Assembly: GCA_964458565.1 (NCBI GenBank)
Contig: CAYWJO010000038.1
Span: 3,275-33,359, forward strand
Origin: an uncultured archaeon
GTDB taxonomy: Archaea > Asgardarchaeota > Thorarchaeia > Thorarchaeales > Thorarchaeaceae
DNA: 30,085 bases
Reading direction: 5' to 3'
Positions 1-12,337 of the stretch are shown here, piece after piece. Below the pieces are notes generated by a model. It was not told where the DNA came from, did not search any database, and worked only from the letters and a program-made list of their open reading frames with translations. The position numbers were made by a program, and so were the translations under genes. Every line of letters starts with the position of its first letter. The first letter of the stretch is position 1.

Positions 1-2092
1 TATTGCACGTATTGTTATATGCGATATTTGAATAATAATTTAATTGAATTCCATTATTTTGGTTGTTACAACAGAAATTGTTGTAAATAGTATTATACTC
101 ATTAAAAGTGTTGAGCCTAATTCCCATTGCATTGAAACTGCAATTATTATCATATATCGTGTTATAGTTTGAATAATGATAAAGCTCAATCCCGTTACCA
201 CTCTGATTGAAGCATCTATTGTTTACTAGAACATTAAATGTAGAATACTCCTCTAGGTAGATACCAAAGGAATTGTCGTGACATAAATTGCTACCAATCA
301 AATTAGTGCTTGAATTGTAAACGTGTATGCCATAGTAGTTGAATTTACAGGTGTTCTCCTCAAATATTCCATTTGTGACATTGTTCAGATAAATACCAGA
401 CCGAGGATAGATAGAGCAGTTAACTAACACACATCCACTGATAATGAAATGAACACGTGTATTACTAATACGTATACAATCCGCATCTGTACCTTCAATA
501 TCAATGTACAGATTTGCTATCAGATAAGGTGATTGAGTAGTACCCTCACCAGGCCATCCCTCGACAGTTGCTGTGGTATTGAATTCATCGTCACCATCTA
601 TGATAATCGGACCGTGTCCAACAAGAGAGAGAACATCTATTGTCAGAGTACTAGATAGTATACTTCCATACGTGCTATTGACAGAAACAGTGAGAATATA
701 CGAACCAAGTGATAAAATCGTTGCATTTGTGATAATACCTGATTGGTCGATATTGAAATTCATAGAGTCATTTATCCACCAAGTATCAATGTATCTATAA
801 GCTATCGCACTCAGTTCCAAACGAAATGAGTTGACATTTGTAATAGATTGGTCCTGGGGGGAATCAATCCATACCGGAGTTGATCCAGGTGAACGCAATA
901 GAGGGTAAGAGTCCTGAATGCCTTCTGGACCAGGAATAGTATAGCTGGTGTCCCAATATCCATCATTATCAGCATCACTACCTGAATATCCTGTATAATA
1001 GTTGTAATCGTAAACTGTGTTTGTGCCTTCAGAATACGCAATAGTTAGAGTATTCCATAGAACAGAGTTGTTGAAATTATAGGTGTGGATATCGTAGTAA
1101 GGATTATTCAGGCAAATATTGTCAATTACTGAGGTTCGGTTCCCACCAATGTTCATACCAATAAAGAGATTGGAATCACACGTATTGTTTAATATTTGAT
1201 TATCTTCTCCAAAATCTAGCTCGATACCATATTCGTCATTTGAGTTGAGTATATTCCTCGTCGCGCTATTGTTACTCGCTCTGTTGATTACCAGACCAGC
1301 GTGGATATTATCATTGCATATATTCTCTAGGATTGTATTATTATGAGACTCCCAGATTCTAATTCCTGTCATATCCTTTTTGCACATGTTTTGAGCGATT
1401 GTATTGTTCTTACTTCTATAAATATAAATACCAAAACGGTCGTTATACGGATTATTCTCCGAGCATATATTATTCTCGATAATGTTTCCTCCACCATAGG
1501 CTAGAGCAATACCATGGTATGAATTGAAACTACAATTATTATAATTGAGGAGTAAGGACGTTGAATCGTATACTTCAATTCCTGTCACAGTACTTGCACA
1601 ACAGTTGTTGTTTGTGATTGCGGACGCCTTCGATTCAATAATGTACAATCCTCGGCCATTATTGTTACAGTCATTACCATCGATTGCTCCATTTGTCACA
1701 TTTCTTAGGAGTATCCCCGCAGAACCCCCAGAAATATTACAACTCTTAATTTCAAAGTGGAGACTCGTGTTATATATCTGAATACATGGGACACTACCTC
1801 CACCATCTATCTCAAGTCCCTCAATTGTGAAGGGATTCGATATGCTGCCATTACCTGACCAACTCTCAAACGTTGCTGTATCTGTGAAATTGTCATCACC
1901 AACGATATAGATTGGATCATGAGTTGAGTAGGAAATTATCTTACTATCCCATCTTATCGAATCTAGATTCTCTAATTCATCATTGAATATATTCGTTTGA
2001 GTATCCTGCGAAGAAACACTCAGAATGAATATCAGAAATAATACAATGAAAATCACTTTTCCCTTCCCAATTCCTATAGGCATGGCTAGCAT
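1..2092 (-). CDS. Secreted right-handed beta-helix (NosD/PbH1-like) surface protein with two beta-helix modules; 3' end beyond the window
   Basis: Not in the ORF track. Hand translation gives an open frame from ATG 2092 (or 2083, preceded by AGGGGAG) to the window edge. It has a hydrophobic signal segment KVIFIVLFLIFILSVSS, an entry motif HDPIYIVGDDNFTDTATFESWSGNGSISNPFTIEGLEID, Asn/Cys-rich ~22-aa coils, DADNDGYWD, an Ig-like segment, and a second entry motif HGPIIIDGDDEFNTTATVEGWPGEGTTQSPYLIANL at about 620-510. Confidence 0.88.
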   Translation of the reverse strand, partial: MLAMPIGIGKGKVIFIVLFLIFILSVSSQDTQTNIFNDELENLDSIRWDSKIISYSTHDPIYIVGDDNFTDTATFESWSGNGSISNPFTIEGLEIDGGGSVPCIQIYNTSLHFEIKSCNISGGSAGILLRNVTNGAIDGNDCNNNGRGLYIIESKASAITNNNCCASTVTGIEVYDSTSLLLNYNNCSFNSYHGIALAYGGGNIIENNICSENNPYNDRFGIYIYRSKNNTIAQNMCKKDMTGIRIWESHNNTILENICNDNIHAGLVINRASNNSATRNILNSNDEYGIELDFGEDNQILNNTCDSNLFIGMNIGGNRTSVIDNICLNNPYYDIHTYNFNNSVLWNTLTIAYSEGTNTVYDYNYYTGYSGSDADNDGYWDTSYTIPGPEGIQDSYPLLRSPGSTPVWIDSPQDQSITNVNSFRLELSAIAYRYIDTWWINDSMNFNIDQSGIITNATILSLGSYILTVSVNSTYGSILSSTLTIDVLSLVGHGPIIIDGDDEFNTTATVEGWPGEGTTQSPYLIANLYIDIEGTDADCIRISNTRVHFIISGCVLVNCSIYPRSGIYLNNVTNGIFEENTCKFNYYGIHVYNSSTNLIGSNLCHDNSFGIYLEEYSTFNVLVNNRCFNQSGNGIELYHYSNYNTIYDNNCSFNAMGIRLNTFNEYNTIYNNFCCNNQNNGIQLNYYSNIAYNNTCN

Positions 2093-2231
2093 CTCCCCTG
2101 TTGTTCTGAAGGATATCGAGGAGATTCATGTATATCAAGAATAATGAAATCAATGATATGTTATTGATTACCCAACATCCTAACAACGCGCAGGTTCACA
2201 TGGAACTGGTGCCTTATTAATAACTCGAATT

Positions 2232-5369
<3,138 letters not shown>

Positions 5370-5522
5370 TCACACAGCAATCAACTCTAGAGAGGCCACT
5401 ATTAAAGCTACCATATCTCTGGCTTAAGAGATTGAATGAATGTAAACTCCTCATAAATTCTGTTCATTTTTAAGAACTCGATTAATTCTTGTACATTCAG
5501 TCGTATAGTGTCGAGAATATTG

Positions 5523-5981
5523 TTAGATTACTCGTTTCCTAACAAAGGCTGCCACATGTGGGCAGTCTTTCGTAAATAATTTTGAATTACGTATCTCTTT
5601 CGGGATTTCATCCAGATCAATTCCTTTGAAACCCTGATTCCAAAAGAAGGAAGGTGCGTTTTTTGCACACACATACACGACTTCAGATCCATAATCGAAT
5701 GCCTCCGCAAGAAGCCTCCTAATGAGACTAGACCCTAAATCGTCTCTTTGATACTCGTAATCTAGAGCAAAAGACCTGAGTAATGCAGTACCAGTGAATA
5801 ATTCGAGACCTACACATCCTATGATTTTGCTTTTTTCTTCATCTCGAATAATAAAGAATTTCGTGAAATCAGGGTCGATATCATCTGCAGGTTCTTCAAT
5901 GGATTCTAATAGTTTCTTGATATCTTCTGTATCTTGAAATGTTGCTATTTCGATTTTAAATGAAGATGTCATTGCAATCAC
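5523..5981 (-). CDS. GNAT family N-acetyltransferase (ArsN2/short ArgA-like)
   Basis: IIGCVGLEL, ALLRSFAL, FFWNQGF and C-terminal CP..A..VRK fit this GNAT subtype. The start may be ATG 5972. Confidence 0.8.
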   Translation of the reverse strand: MIAMTSSFKIEIATFQDTEDIKKLLESIEEPADDIDPDFTKFFIIRDEEKSKIIGCVGLELFTGTALLRSFALDYEYQRDDLGSSLIRRLLAEAFDYGSEVVYVCAKNAPSFFWNQGFKGIDLDEIPKEIRNSKLFTKDCPHVAAFVRKRVI

Positions 5982-6038
5982 AGAATTTCCATTCCAACTA
6001 TTGAATTCTTCGTCTTATTCCCTGAATGAATTCTGTGA
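5978..6038 (-). promoter_or_regulatory. Hairpin in the GNAT 5' leader covering the start region
   Basis: mRNA sense TCACAGAATT-CATTC ... GAATG-GA-AATTCTGTGA gives 15 bp with a 2-nt bulge; the 3' arm includes the GTG at 5981. Confidence 0.4.
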
Positions 6039-6238
6039 GAAGCATAAGCATTTACAACCTGTTACTCTCAAAGTCTTTAAGACATGAATGGTATACATTA
6101 TATCACTAGTTGTGATTAGGAGTCACAAGGATGTATGAGTACTTCAAACCATCTGAGCGAGTTGAAGCAGAATAAGTCTTCAGAGATGCACTTAGTATTA
6201 CCTCATCAACAATTGAATAATCCTTTCATTCCTTTTAC

Positions 6239-8920
6239 TTATCTAGTACTCTGAATGAATGACATCTGACTTTTACGTTCAGATTCCCATCTAATGCGTT
6301 CGGAACGAAGTTGGAAAAGGTCAACATCTTTATGGATTAATCCTTCCTCTCCTGCAGGAATGGTTCGCTCAGCTCTGTCTTTCTCAGGTGAATAAATGAG
6401 TGAGTCCCCAAATTCAGCAATATTGACAAAGAAGCAATAGGCGTAGATAGATCTCCTTGCGTCAAAGTGCGCTGCTCTAAAATCCGCAGTGACTGGAGTA
6501 AAAGCTGGATTGATTATAAGGTCAACAGGAGGTTCTGAGTTCTTTAGTTCCACTCGAAGATCCATATCAAGAAAATCCCTGCATATCACAACTGCTATTC
6601 TACCAAATTCTGTGTCAGCGATAATAACTTTCTTGGTCTCGGTTTCTATATTGATCCCCTCTTGGATTTTAGAACCTTCGTAATGAATTGTAGCTGGGAT
6701 ATGTTTCTCCTGTTCCCAAAGTACTCCATCAGGTCCAATAATCTTACAGAGATTCTTCATAGTTTTTTCATCATGAAATGATCCTGGAATTATGTACATC
6801 TGATATTTCTGCGCGAGTTCTAGAAGACCACTCAAGAATATCTCATAGTTCAAATCAATAGAGAGCTCGGGAAACAGAAGGATATTCACACCATCCTCGC
6901 TAGCCATTTCAGCCATTCTCTTTACAGTTGTCCACACTAAATCAACTTTGGATTCTCTTATTCCGAATAATCCTGAATCCTTCTTTTCATAGAATTCATG
7001 CAGAATATCTCCCTTGTCGGATAGACCCATTTGTGCAATTCCTACTCTAAATCTACTTCGCTCTCCCTTACCAACCTCCTCTAGGATGTTGGTATGAATT
7101 AGACTGTATTTTCTTTTGGTCATGTTTTCCATAAGATATTTCCTTTCACTATCGCTCAGATTTGATACGGTCTTTCGAATCATCCTATCTACAAGATTTT
7201 CCACGAAGGTTAAATCAATCATATCTCGCTTAGAGGGATTTCTCTCGACGATGCCTTCCCATTTTTGAATCTGAATAACAAGAGCTTTGTGCTCGTGTTC
7301 AACTCTTTGAGTCAACAACAGCAATCCTCTTTCTTTGGCAATGTCCTCAGCTTTTGAAAGAAGAATCATTGCACCCTCAATGTCGAAATCTATTAACGCC
7401 AACTTCGATTGGAGTATATACGTTTCGACAAGAAGAAGATGAGAGGACTGTTGATTAGCAATTTCCAATAATTTGTTGGTAAGCTCGTTGACCTCCCTAA
7501 GCACATCTTCCTCTTCTGTCAGTTTTAGTTCCGTTAGGAGTAGTTCGCAAAGGTGAATCATTGCTAGAACGGTCAATGAATGATCTGCAACTTCATCTTT
7601 CACAATCTCTTCGAGTATTCCTTGTGCTTCTAATTTATCACGAATTCGTTTTTTCGATTTGTGTGTAAGAGCTCGAGCAACTTTGTATCGATGCTCTATG
7701 GCTCGATTTTCGGTTCGTTCATTCACTTCTTTAAGTCTACGAAGGTATTCCTCCGAAAGTAAGGATTGTTCAAGTTCTAAGGTAAGACTTACTAGTCTGA
7801 ATAGAACTATAGCGAGATACGGATCATTGCCTACTTCTTCATAGATGGCTAGACTATCTTCATAGGTCTTCAATGCTTTTTCAGGTTCACCTTTGATTCT
7901 ATGCAGTTCTCCAAGATTGATGAGCGATTGAGCGACGTCCTGTTGGTTATCCAATCTTTCTCTAATCGCCAAGCTCCGTTTTAAATAATCTAATGCTAAA
8001 TCGAGGTCTCCTATGAGTTGGTAAACACTTGCTAAATTATTCAAAGCCAATGCTACACCATGGTCTAAATCTAATTCTTCATATATTTTCAAACTTTGAT
8101 CGTAATACTCCAGAGCTAAACCTAGATTTCCTAGAGATTCATGAACAGCTCCCAAATTGGTAAGTGAGAGCGCAATGTTTTGTCGATTGCCTAACTCTTG
8201 CCTTGTTGCAAGTGCCTGTTGATGGTAATCAAGAGCAGCTTTTATGTCACCTTTCAAGGCACTGACATTTCCCAAATTGTTTAGTATCACCGAGATATGA
8301 TGCTTATCCTCCAATAATTCTCCGATTCTTAGACTCTCCTGATAGTATTCTGTAGCTTTGTCAAGATCTCCCTTTGACCAGAATACAAGACCTAAATTAT
8401 TGAGAGAATCCCCCATTCCTTTGTTATCATTTAATCCTTGATAGATTTCCAAGCTTTCTTCATGACACTCTGCAGCAAGATCGAGTTCACCCTTATACCA
8501 ATGTATGATTCCACCATGTCGTAAAAATAAACCGTTGAGTTGTAAAAATTCCTCTAAATCGGTTTCATCAGATATCTCCTCAAGTAACTGTTGACCTTCT
8601 TCTACAACAGCTAATCCTTCTTCAAACTTACCTAAGCGCCAACATACCTCAGCTTTTAGAGATAATATTTTCGTGATTTGCAGGAGGTGCTCATTTTCTT
8701 TAGATTCTTTCAACGTCTGATTAATCAGATTATATGCTACTTCGAAATCAGCTAATTTTATTCTTATCTGGCTTTCTAGAAAAATACATTCAATTCTATC
8801 TTCATTGGTTATACTCTTAGAAGCTGCAAGAGATTGAACTATCTTGATAGCTTCCTTTAACCTGCCTTCTTTTGACAGCAACTTTGCTCGAGCAATATCA
8901 CTATGAGTTTTACCTGTCAA
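6239..8920 (-). CDS. Tetratricopeptide-repeat protein fused to a C-terminal carbon-nitrogen hydrolase (nitrilase-fold) domain
   Basis: About 9-10 TPR units of ~40 aa (e.g. SLNNLGLVFWSKGDLDKATEYYQESL), a helical linker, then RVGIAQ...ILLFPELS...QEKHIP...VVICRDF...INPAF...VNIAEFGDSLIYSP with the Glu-Lys-Cys triad. Confidence 0.88.
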   Translation of the reverse strand: MTGKTHSDIARAKLLSKEGRLKEAIKIVQSLAASKSITNEDRIECIFLESQIRIKLADFEVAYNLINQTLKESKENEHLLQITKILSLKAEVCWRLGKFEEGLAVVEEGQQLLEEISDETDLEEFLQLNGLFLRHGGIIHWYKGELDLAAECHEESLEIYQGLNDNKGMGDSLNNLGLVFWSKGDLDKATEYYQESLRIGELLEDKHHISVILNNLGNVSALKGDIKAALDYHQQALATRQELGNRQNIALSLTNLGAVHESLGNLGLALEYYDQSLKIYEELDLDHGVALALNNLASVYQLIGDLDLALDYLKRSLAIRERLDNQQDVAQSLINLGELHRIKGEPEKALKTYEDSLAIYEEVGNDPYLAIVLFRLVSLTLELEQSLLSEEYLRRLKEVNERTENRAIEHRYKVARALTHKSKKRIRDKLEAQGILEEIVKDEVADHSLTVLAMIHLCELLLTELKLTEEEDVLREVNELTNKLLEIANQQSSHLLLVETYILQSKLALIDFDIEGAMILLSKAEDIAKERGLLLLTQRVEHEHKALVIQIQKWEGIVERNPSKRDMIDLTFVENLVDRMIRKTVSNLSDSERKYLMENMTKRKYSLIHTNILEEVGKGERSRFRVGIAQMGLSDKGDILHEFYEKKDSGLFGIRESKVDLVWTTVKRMAEMASEDGVNILLFPELSIDLNYEIFLSGLLELAQKYQMYIIPGSFHDEKTMKNLCKIIGPDGVLWEQEKHIPATIHYEGSKIQEGINIETETKKVIIADTEFGRIAVVICRDFLDMDLRVELKNSEPPVDLIINPAFTPVTADFRAAHFDARRSIYAYCFFVNIAEFGDSLIYSPEKDRAERTIPAGEEGLIHKDVDLFQLRSERIRWESERKSQMSFIQSTR

Positions 8921-9042
8921 TAAAGGTTCACCTAACCCTACTAAGGAATACTCTCTTTATAATGCCCATTCACATCTAAAAGAGTTATCCAATTAAACAT
9001 CTGAAATGCTTGAATAAACAACTTCGAAAAATGGGTTTCGTC

Positions 9043-9737
9043 TTATCGGGTTCTGGAAGACATCTTGATCTTCAATGATTCGTGCTCTCTTATTCTACTC
9101 TCTTTCAGTTTTTCTGCTTCTCTATCTGCAATACGCCCCTCTCTATACTCACGAAGCTCAGAATCCTCAAGGGCGCGATCTAGATTATCCTTTAAATCGC
9201 CCCTTGATATATTCAATATTATTCTCTTGCTTATGGATTGTATCACCTTAGCTGGGATAATGATGTCAATATCGTCAAGCAGTCCGATAGCTTCAAGTTT
9301 TTCCTCTATGAAACCTCCTCCTACGGTTAATGCGGCTGAGCCATCCTTATCGAAGTCGATATCAACTGCCTGTCCAATTTTAACACCTTTACTGTCGATA
9401 ATATCCATTTTCACTATGTCAGATAGTCTAACTTCTCCTTTTGGAATTGAACCTTCATCGAGGGTTGTCTTCAGACTATTCTTAGATGTTTTAAGTTGTA
9501 TTGGACTACCAAGACTTTCAATAAAGCATCAAAGACAGGATCAATATCTGGTTCCACCTTGATTGATTCCAAAAACTCTTCCCATTTTGAACCATGAAGT
9601 ACGAACTGGGAAAGATTCAAAGAGCCATCAGTGAAAGCGAACGTCATATCACCGATGCGACCAATGATGTCGCCATTCGAATCTACAACATCATATGATT
9701 TCAGTTCTTTACAACTGAGTGGTTCCGATATTTCAAT
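9043..9737 (-). pseudogene. Disrupted tandem PRC-barrel protein, paralogue of 10454..11116
   Basis: The upstream frame IEISEPLSCKELKSYDVVDSNGDIIGRIGDMTFAF...WEEFLESIKVEPDIDPVFDA matches the paralogue N-terminus. The frame shifts at about 9523-9524 into IESLGSPIQLKTSKNSLKTTLD..., which continues into ORF 9043..9414. The codon aligned with the paralogue ATG is ATT (9737). Confidence 0.82.
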
Positions 9738-9809
9738 TCATTCCACCATCCTCTAATGAGGGCTGATGGAGTAAAGACTTTTGATTAGAAGAAATACTGC
9801 TTTGATAAT

Positions 9810-10142
9810 TCAACAGTCTTCGATAAGGCAACTCTTCATGAAATTTCGTACAATCGCAGTTCCAATTTGATGTTTATCTGGAAGTCCTGTGAATAATTCT
9901 TTGCAGATTCTTATTGAAGGTAGTCCAACAATATCAGAAGCATAAACTGAATCCGGGTTATCTACATCAATTTCTTGAATTGCGGTTTCTGTTAGACCAT
10001 AGAGATTTAATGTTTCATTTAGAACTTCTCTAGCAGCTTCACAGAAAATACAGTTCTTGCCCTTGTATATTTTAATACAGCATGACTTATCGCATGTTTC
10101 TTCGATATTGGTGCGAGTTGTCGTTTCAGCTTCGAGTTGCAT
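9810..10142 (-). CDS. Thioredoxin/glutaredoxin-fold protein (CIFC active site), cysteine-rich
   Basis: Beta-strand followed by CIFC, then EIDVD, cis-Pro motif VGLPSI and FTGLP. GAGGT lies upstream of the ATG. 8 Cys in 110 aa. Confidence 0.8.
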   Translation of the reverse strand: MQLEAETTTRTNIEETCDKSCCIKIYKGKNCIFCEAAREVLNETLNLYGLTETAIQEIDVDNPDSVYASDIVGLPSIRICKELFTGLPDKHQIGTAIVRNFMKSCLIEDC

Positions 10143-10162
10143 GGACTTTTACCTCTAGCAAT

Positions 10163-10229
10163 GTATTGTTGTATCTAGCATATAACAGTACTATGACCTA
10201 ATATTGGCGATAAAATCGCATCTGGATGC
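10163..10229. promoter_or_regulatory. Cluster of palindromes upstream of the thioredoxin gene (candidate operator sites)
   Basis: GTATTGTTGTAT-N5-ATATAACAGTAC (10/12 inverted match, 10163-10191), GCGAT-N3-ATCGC (10207-10219) and GCATC-N2-GATGC (10218-10229). Confidence 0.3.
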
Positions 10230-10453
10230 ATTCTAGAGGATTTCTGGAGCCTTTATACTTAGAACACTATTTGATTGATTAAAGACACCCGGATATGCAT
10301 AAAACCGATATCAACTATGACAACACATCTCTAAACAAATGGACACGACAATCTGAAAGAGGGGAAATGACGTATGTATACTGAGTTGTGACCTCATTGG
10401 TTAATTTCTGTGGGAACAGAAAAGGGTGGCGCTCAATATTCTGTGAATCTGTC

Positions 10454-11116
10454 TTAGAAAGGTCTTTGAGTGAATAATCTAACCTTCATTACGTCCTGTG
10501 TGGTCGATTTTTGCTCTCTTGCTTTCTTGACTTCTGCTGACTTCATGGCTTTATCCATCGTCAATGCAAGTTCGTCTTTGGAAACTCTTAGTTTGACATG
10601 ATCTGAAATTAACTCTACTGTGGAACACGGTACTATGATATCCACATCTTGTTTCAGACCCCACGATTCCAATGATTCTTCAATGAAGCCGCCTCCGACT
10701 ATAATCGATGCTGTGCCATCGGCATTGAAATCTATATCAATAGCTCTACCAACTTTTACACCTTGCTCATCCATGATGTCAAGATTCTCAAAATCAGAGA
10801 GTTTTATCTCATCAGCTGAAAAAGCACCTGGGTCCAATGTTGTCTTCAGCGAATTCTTGGTTGTATTCAATTGCACATTGTCACCCATTCTTTGGATAAG
10901 TGATGCATTAAATACTGGGTCAATATCAGGTTTTGCTCCAATACTCTCAAGAAACTCTTCCCAAGCAGATCCAACGAGAATGAACTGTGATGGCTTTAAT
11001 TCACCATTAACGAATGTGAAAGTCATGTCTCCTATACGACCTATCTTTTCGCCAGATGAATCAACAACATCACATTTCCTCATTTCCTTGCAATTCAAGG
11101 ATTGTGTTACATCCAT
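10454..11116 (-). CDS. Tandem PRC-barrel domain protein
   Basis: Two internal repeats of the PRC pattern: DVVDSSGEKIGRIGDMTF...DNVQL and DIMDEQGVKVGRAIDIDF...IIVPCSTVELISDHVKL. GAGGTG lies upstream of the ATG. Confidence 0.85.
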   Translation of the reverse strand: MDVTQSLNCKEMRKCDVVDSSGEKIGRIGDMTFTFVNGELKPSQFILVGSAWEEFLESIGAKPDIDPVFNASLIQRMGDNVQLNTTKNSLKTTLDPGAFSADEIKLSDFENLDIMDEQGVKVGRAIDIDFNADGTASIIVGGGFIEESLESWGLKQDVDIIVPCSTVELISDHVKLRVSKDELALTMDKAMKSAEVKKAREQKSTTQDVMKVRLFTQRPF

Positions 11117-11228
11117 ATCTGCACCTCAGAATCCAAGATAGAAAGTAACTAATTAAGCTATTCGTTTAATTTCTAATAGATGAGACTTTCATTATTTTCA
11201 AAATGTATTTCAGAAATTCATTACCTAA

Positions 11229-12176
11229 TTAGTCAACCTGACGCTCGAATTTAATTTTCATCGGTGCAATACCATTTGCTTTCAGAGACTTCTCCAGTTT
11301 TATGATATTCTTCTTTGCAGATAATTCATAAAATGTATTTACAATTGACAAAGGACCAAGAGCAATGATAGGGCTAAGAAACACAACAAAAACTGGAAGG
11401 CTATAGAGAAATACCGGAAAGCCTTCGGGCGGTGATTCTGTCACCAACCAATTGAACCAATCAAGGGTCTGAATACCTAGTAGAAGATACGTAATAATGG
11501 TAGCAACTCCCGCAAACCCTTTCAAAAGTTTAAGATAGAAATTTCCAACTCCCTCGATATCTATGTTTGATCGACTCTCATCAATCTTTTTTTCGCAAAT
11601 TGCTCCTGAGTCCTCAAGCAACCAAATTGGTGCAAAAAGGAATAGTATTGTCGATGAAACAACGAGCATGATAAAGAGGATAGGTAGGGTGATGAATATA
11701 GGTTCATTACCAGGATCAAGCAAATCAAAACTCTCTGATACAAAAATCACATTCGCTAATGACGAGCTAGCTATACTCATTGCCAATCCCAACGAAACAA
11801 AAGATGGTAGGAATAATCGGCGATATGAACTACCTTGATACTCGTGTGACATTGACTGTAAATGGTATTCATATCCTCCTCTTTTGATCATACGATGTAA
11901 ATTCCAGAATAACATTGCTAGGAAAGGTGAAGTAAAGTAAATAATCACCCCGCATAAAATTCCTATTACATACAACCAGACAAAGTCAAATAATATATCT
12001 CCTGGCAAAAATCGATAGATTCCATCCGGCAAATTAAATGGAAATGCGCCGATATAGGACATAATTATTGCCATCGCCGCCGATGTAACTGCTAGAATAT
12101 TGAAAAGTACTGCAGATTTCCATGAAACTTGAAATGAATTGATTCCATCGTTATCGTTCATCAATAATCCTCCCAT
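11229..12176 (-). CDS. Hypothetical polytopic membrane protein
   Basis: 315 aa with about 6 hydrophobic segments; no family recognised. The start may be the second Met, which follows GGAGG. Confidence 0.75.
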   Translation of the reverse strand: MGGLLMNDNDGINSFQVSWKSAVLFNILAVTSAAMAIIMSYIGAFPFNLPDGIYRFLPGDILFDFVWLYVIGILCGVIIYFTSPFLAMLFWNLHRMIKRGGYEYHLQSMSHEYQGSSYRRLFLPSFVSLGLAMSIASSSLANVIFVSESFDLLDPGNEPIFITLPILFIMLVVSSTILFLFAPIWLLEDSGAICEKKIDESRSNIDIEGVGNFYLKLLKGFAGVATIITYLLLGIQTLDWFNWLVTESPPEGFPVFLYSLPVFVVFLSPIIALGPLSIVNTFYELSAKKNIIKLEKSLKANGIAPMKIKFERQVD

Positions 12177-12337
12177 GGAATGATATGATTCAATTTGAAT
12201 AATAAAAATGAAGTTGTGAGGGAATGTTCTATACTAAATACCATCTAAATCCTCCAATCAAGTCCAACTTATCAAATTTTTAGGAAACGATATATTCTCG
12301 TTTTATTCGAAGCACTTTACTCTGCGAGGATTTGATT

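Noticed and set aside
1980-2186. 68-aa minus-strand ORF
   Set aside because: Out-of-frame overlap with the start of the beta-helix gene, which has the signal peptide and ribosome-binding-like site.
9735-9812. Thioredoxin ends Cys-TGA, suggesting a Cys-Sec motif by readthrough
   Set aside because: The readthrough peptide (IIKAVFLLIKKSLL...) looks non-coding and runs into the next gene's start region; no SECIS-like element was recognised.
9065-11141. Plus-strand ORFs 9065..9562 and 10620..11141 that resemble each other
   Set aside because: Antisense shadows of the two PRC-barrel paralogues; their similarity is inherited from the real genes.
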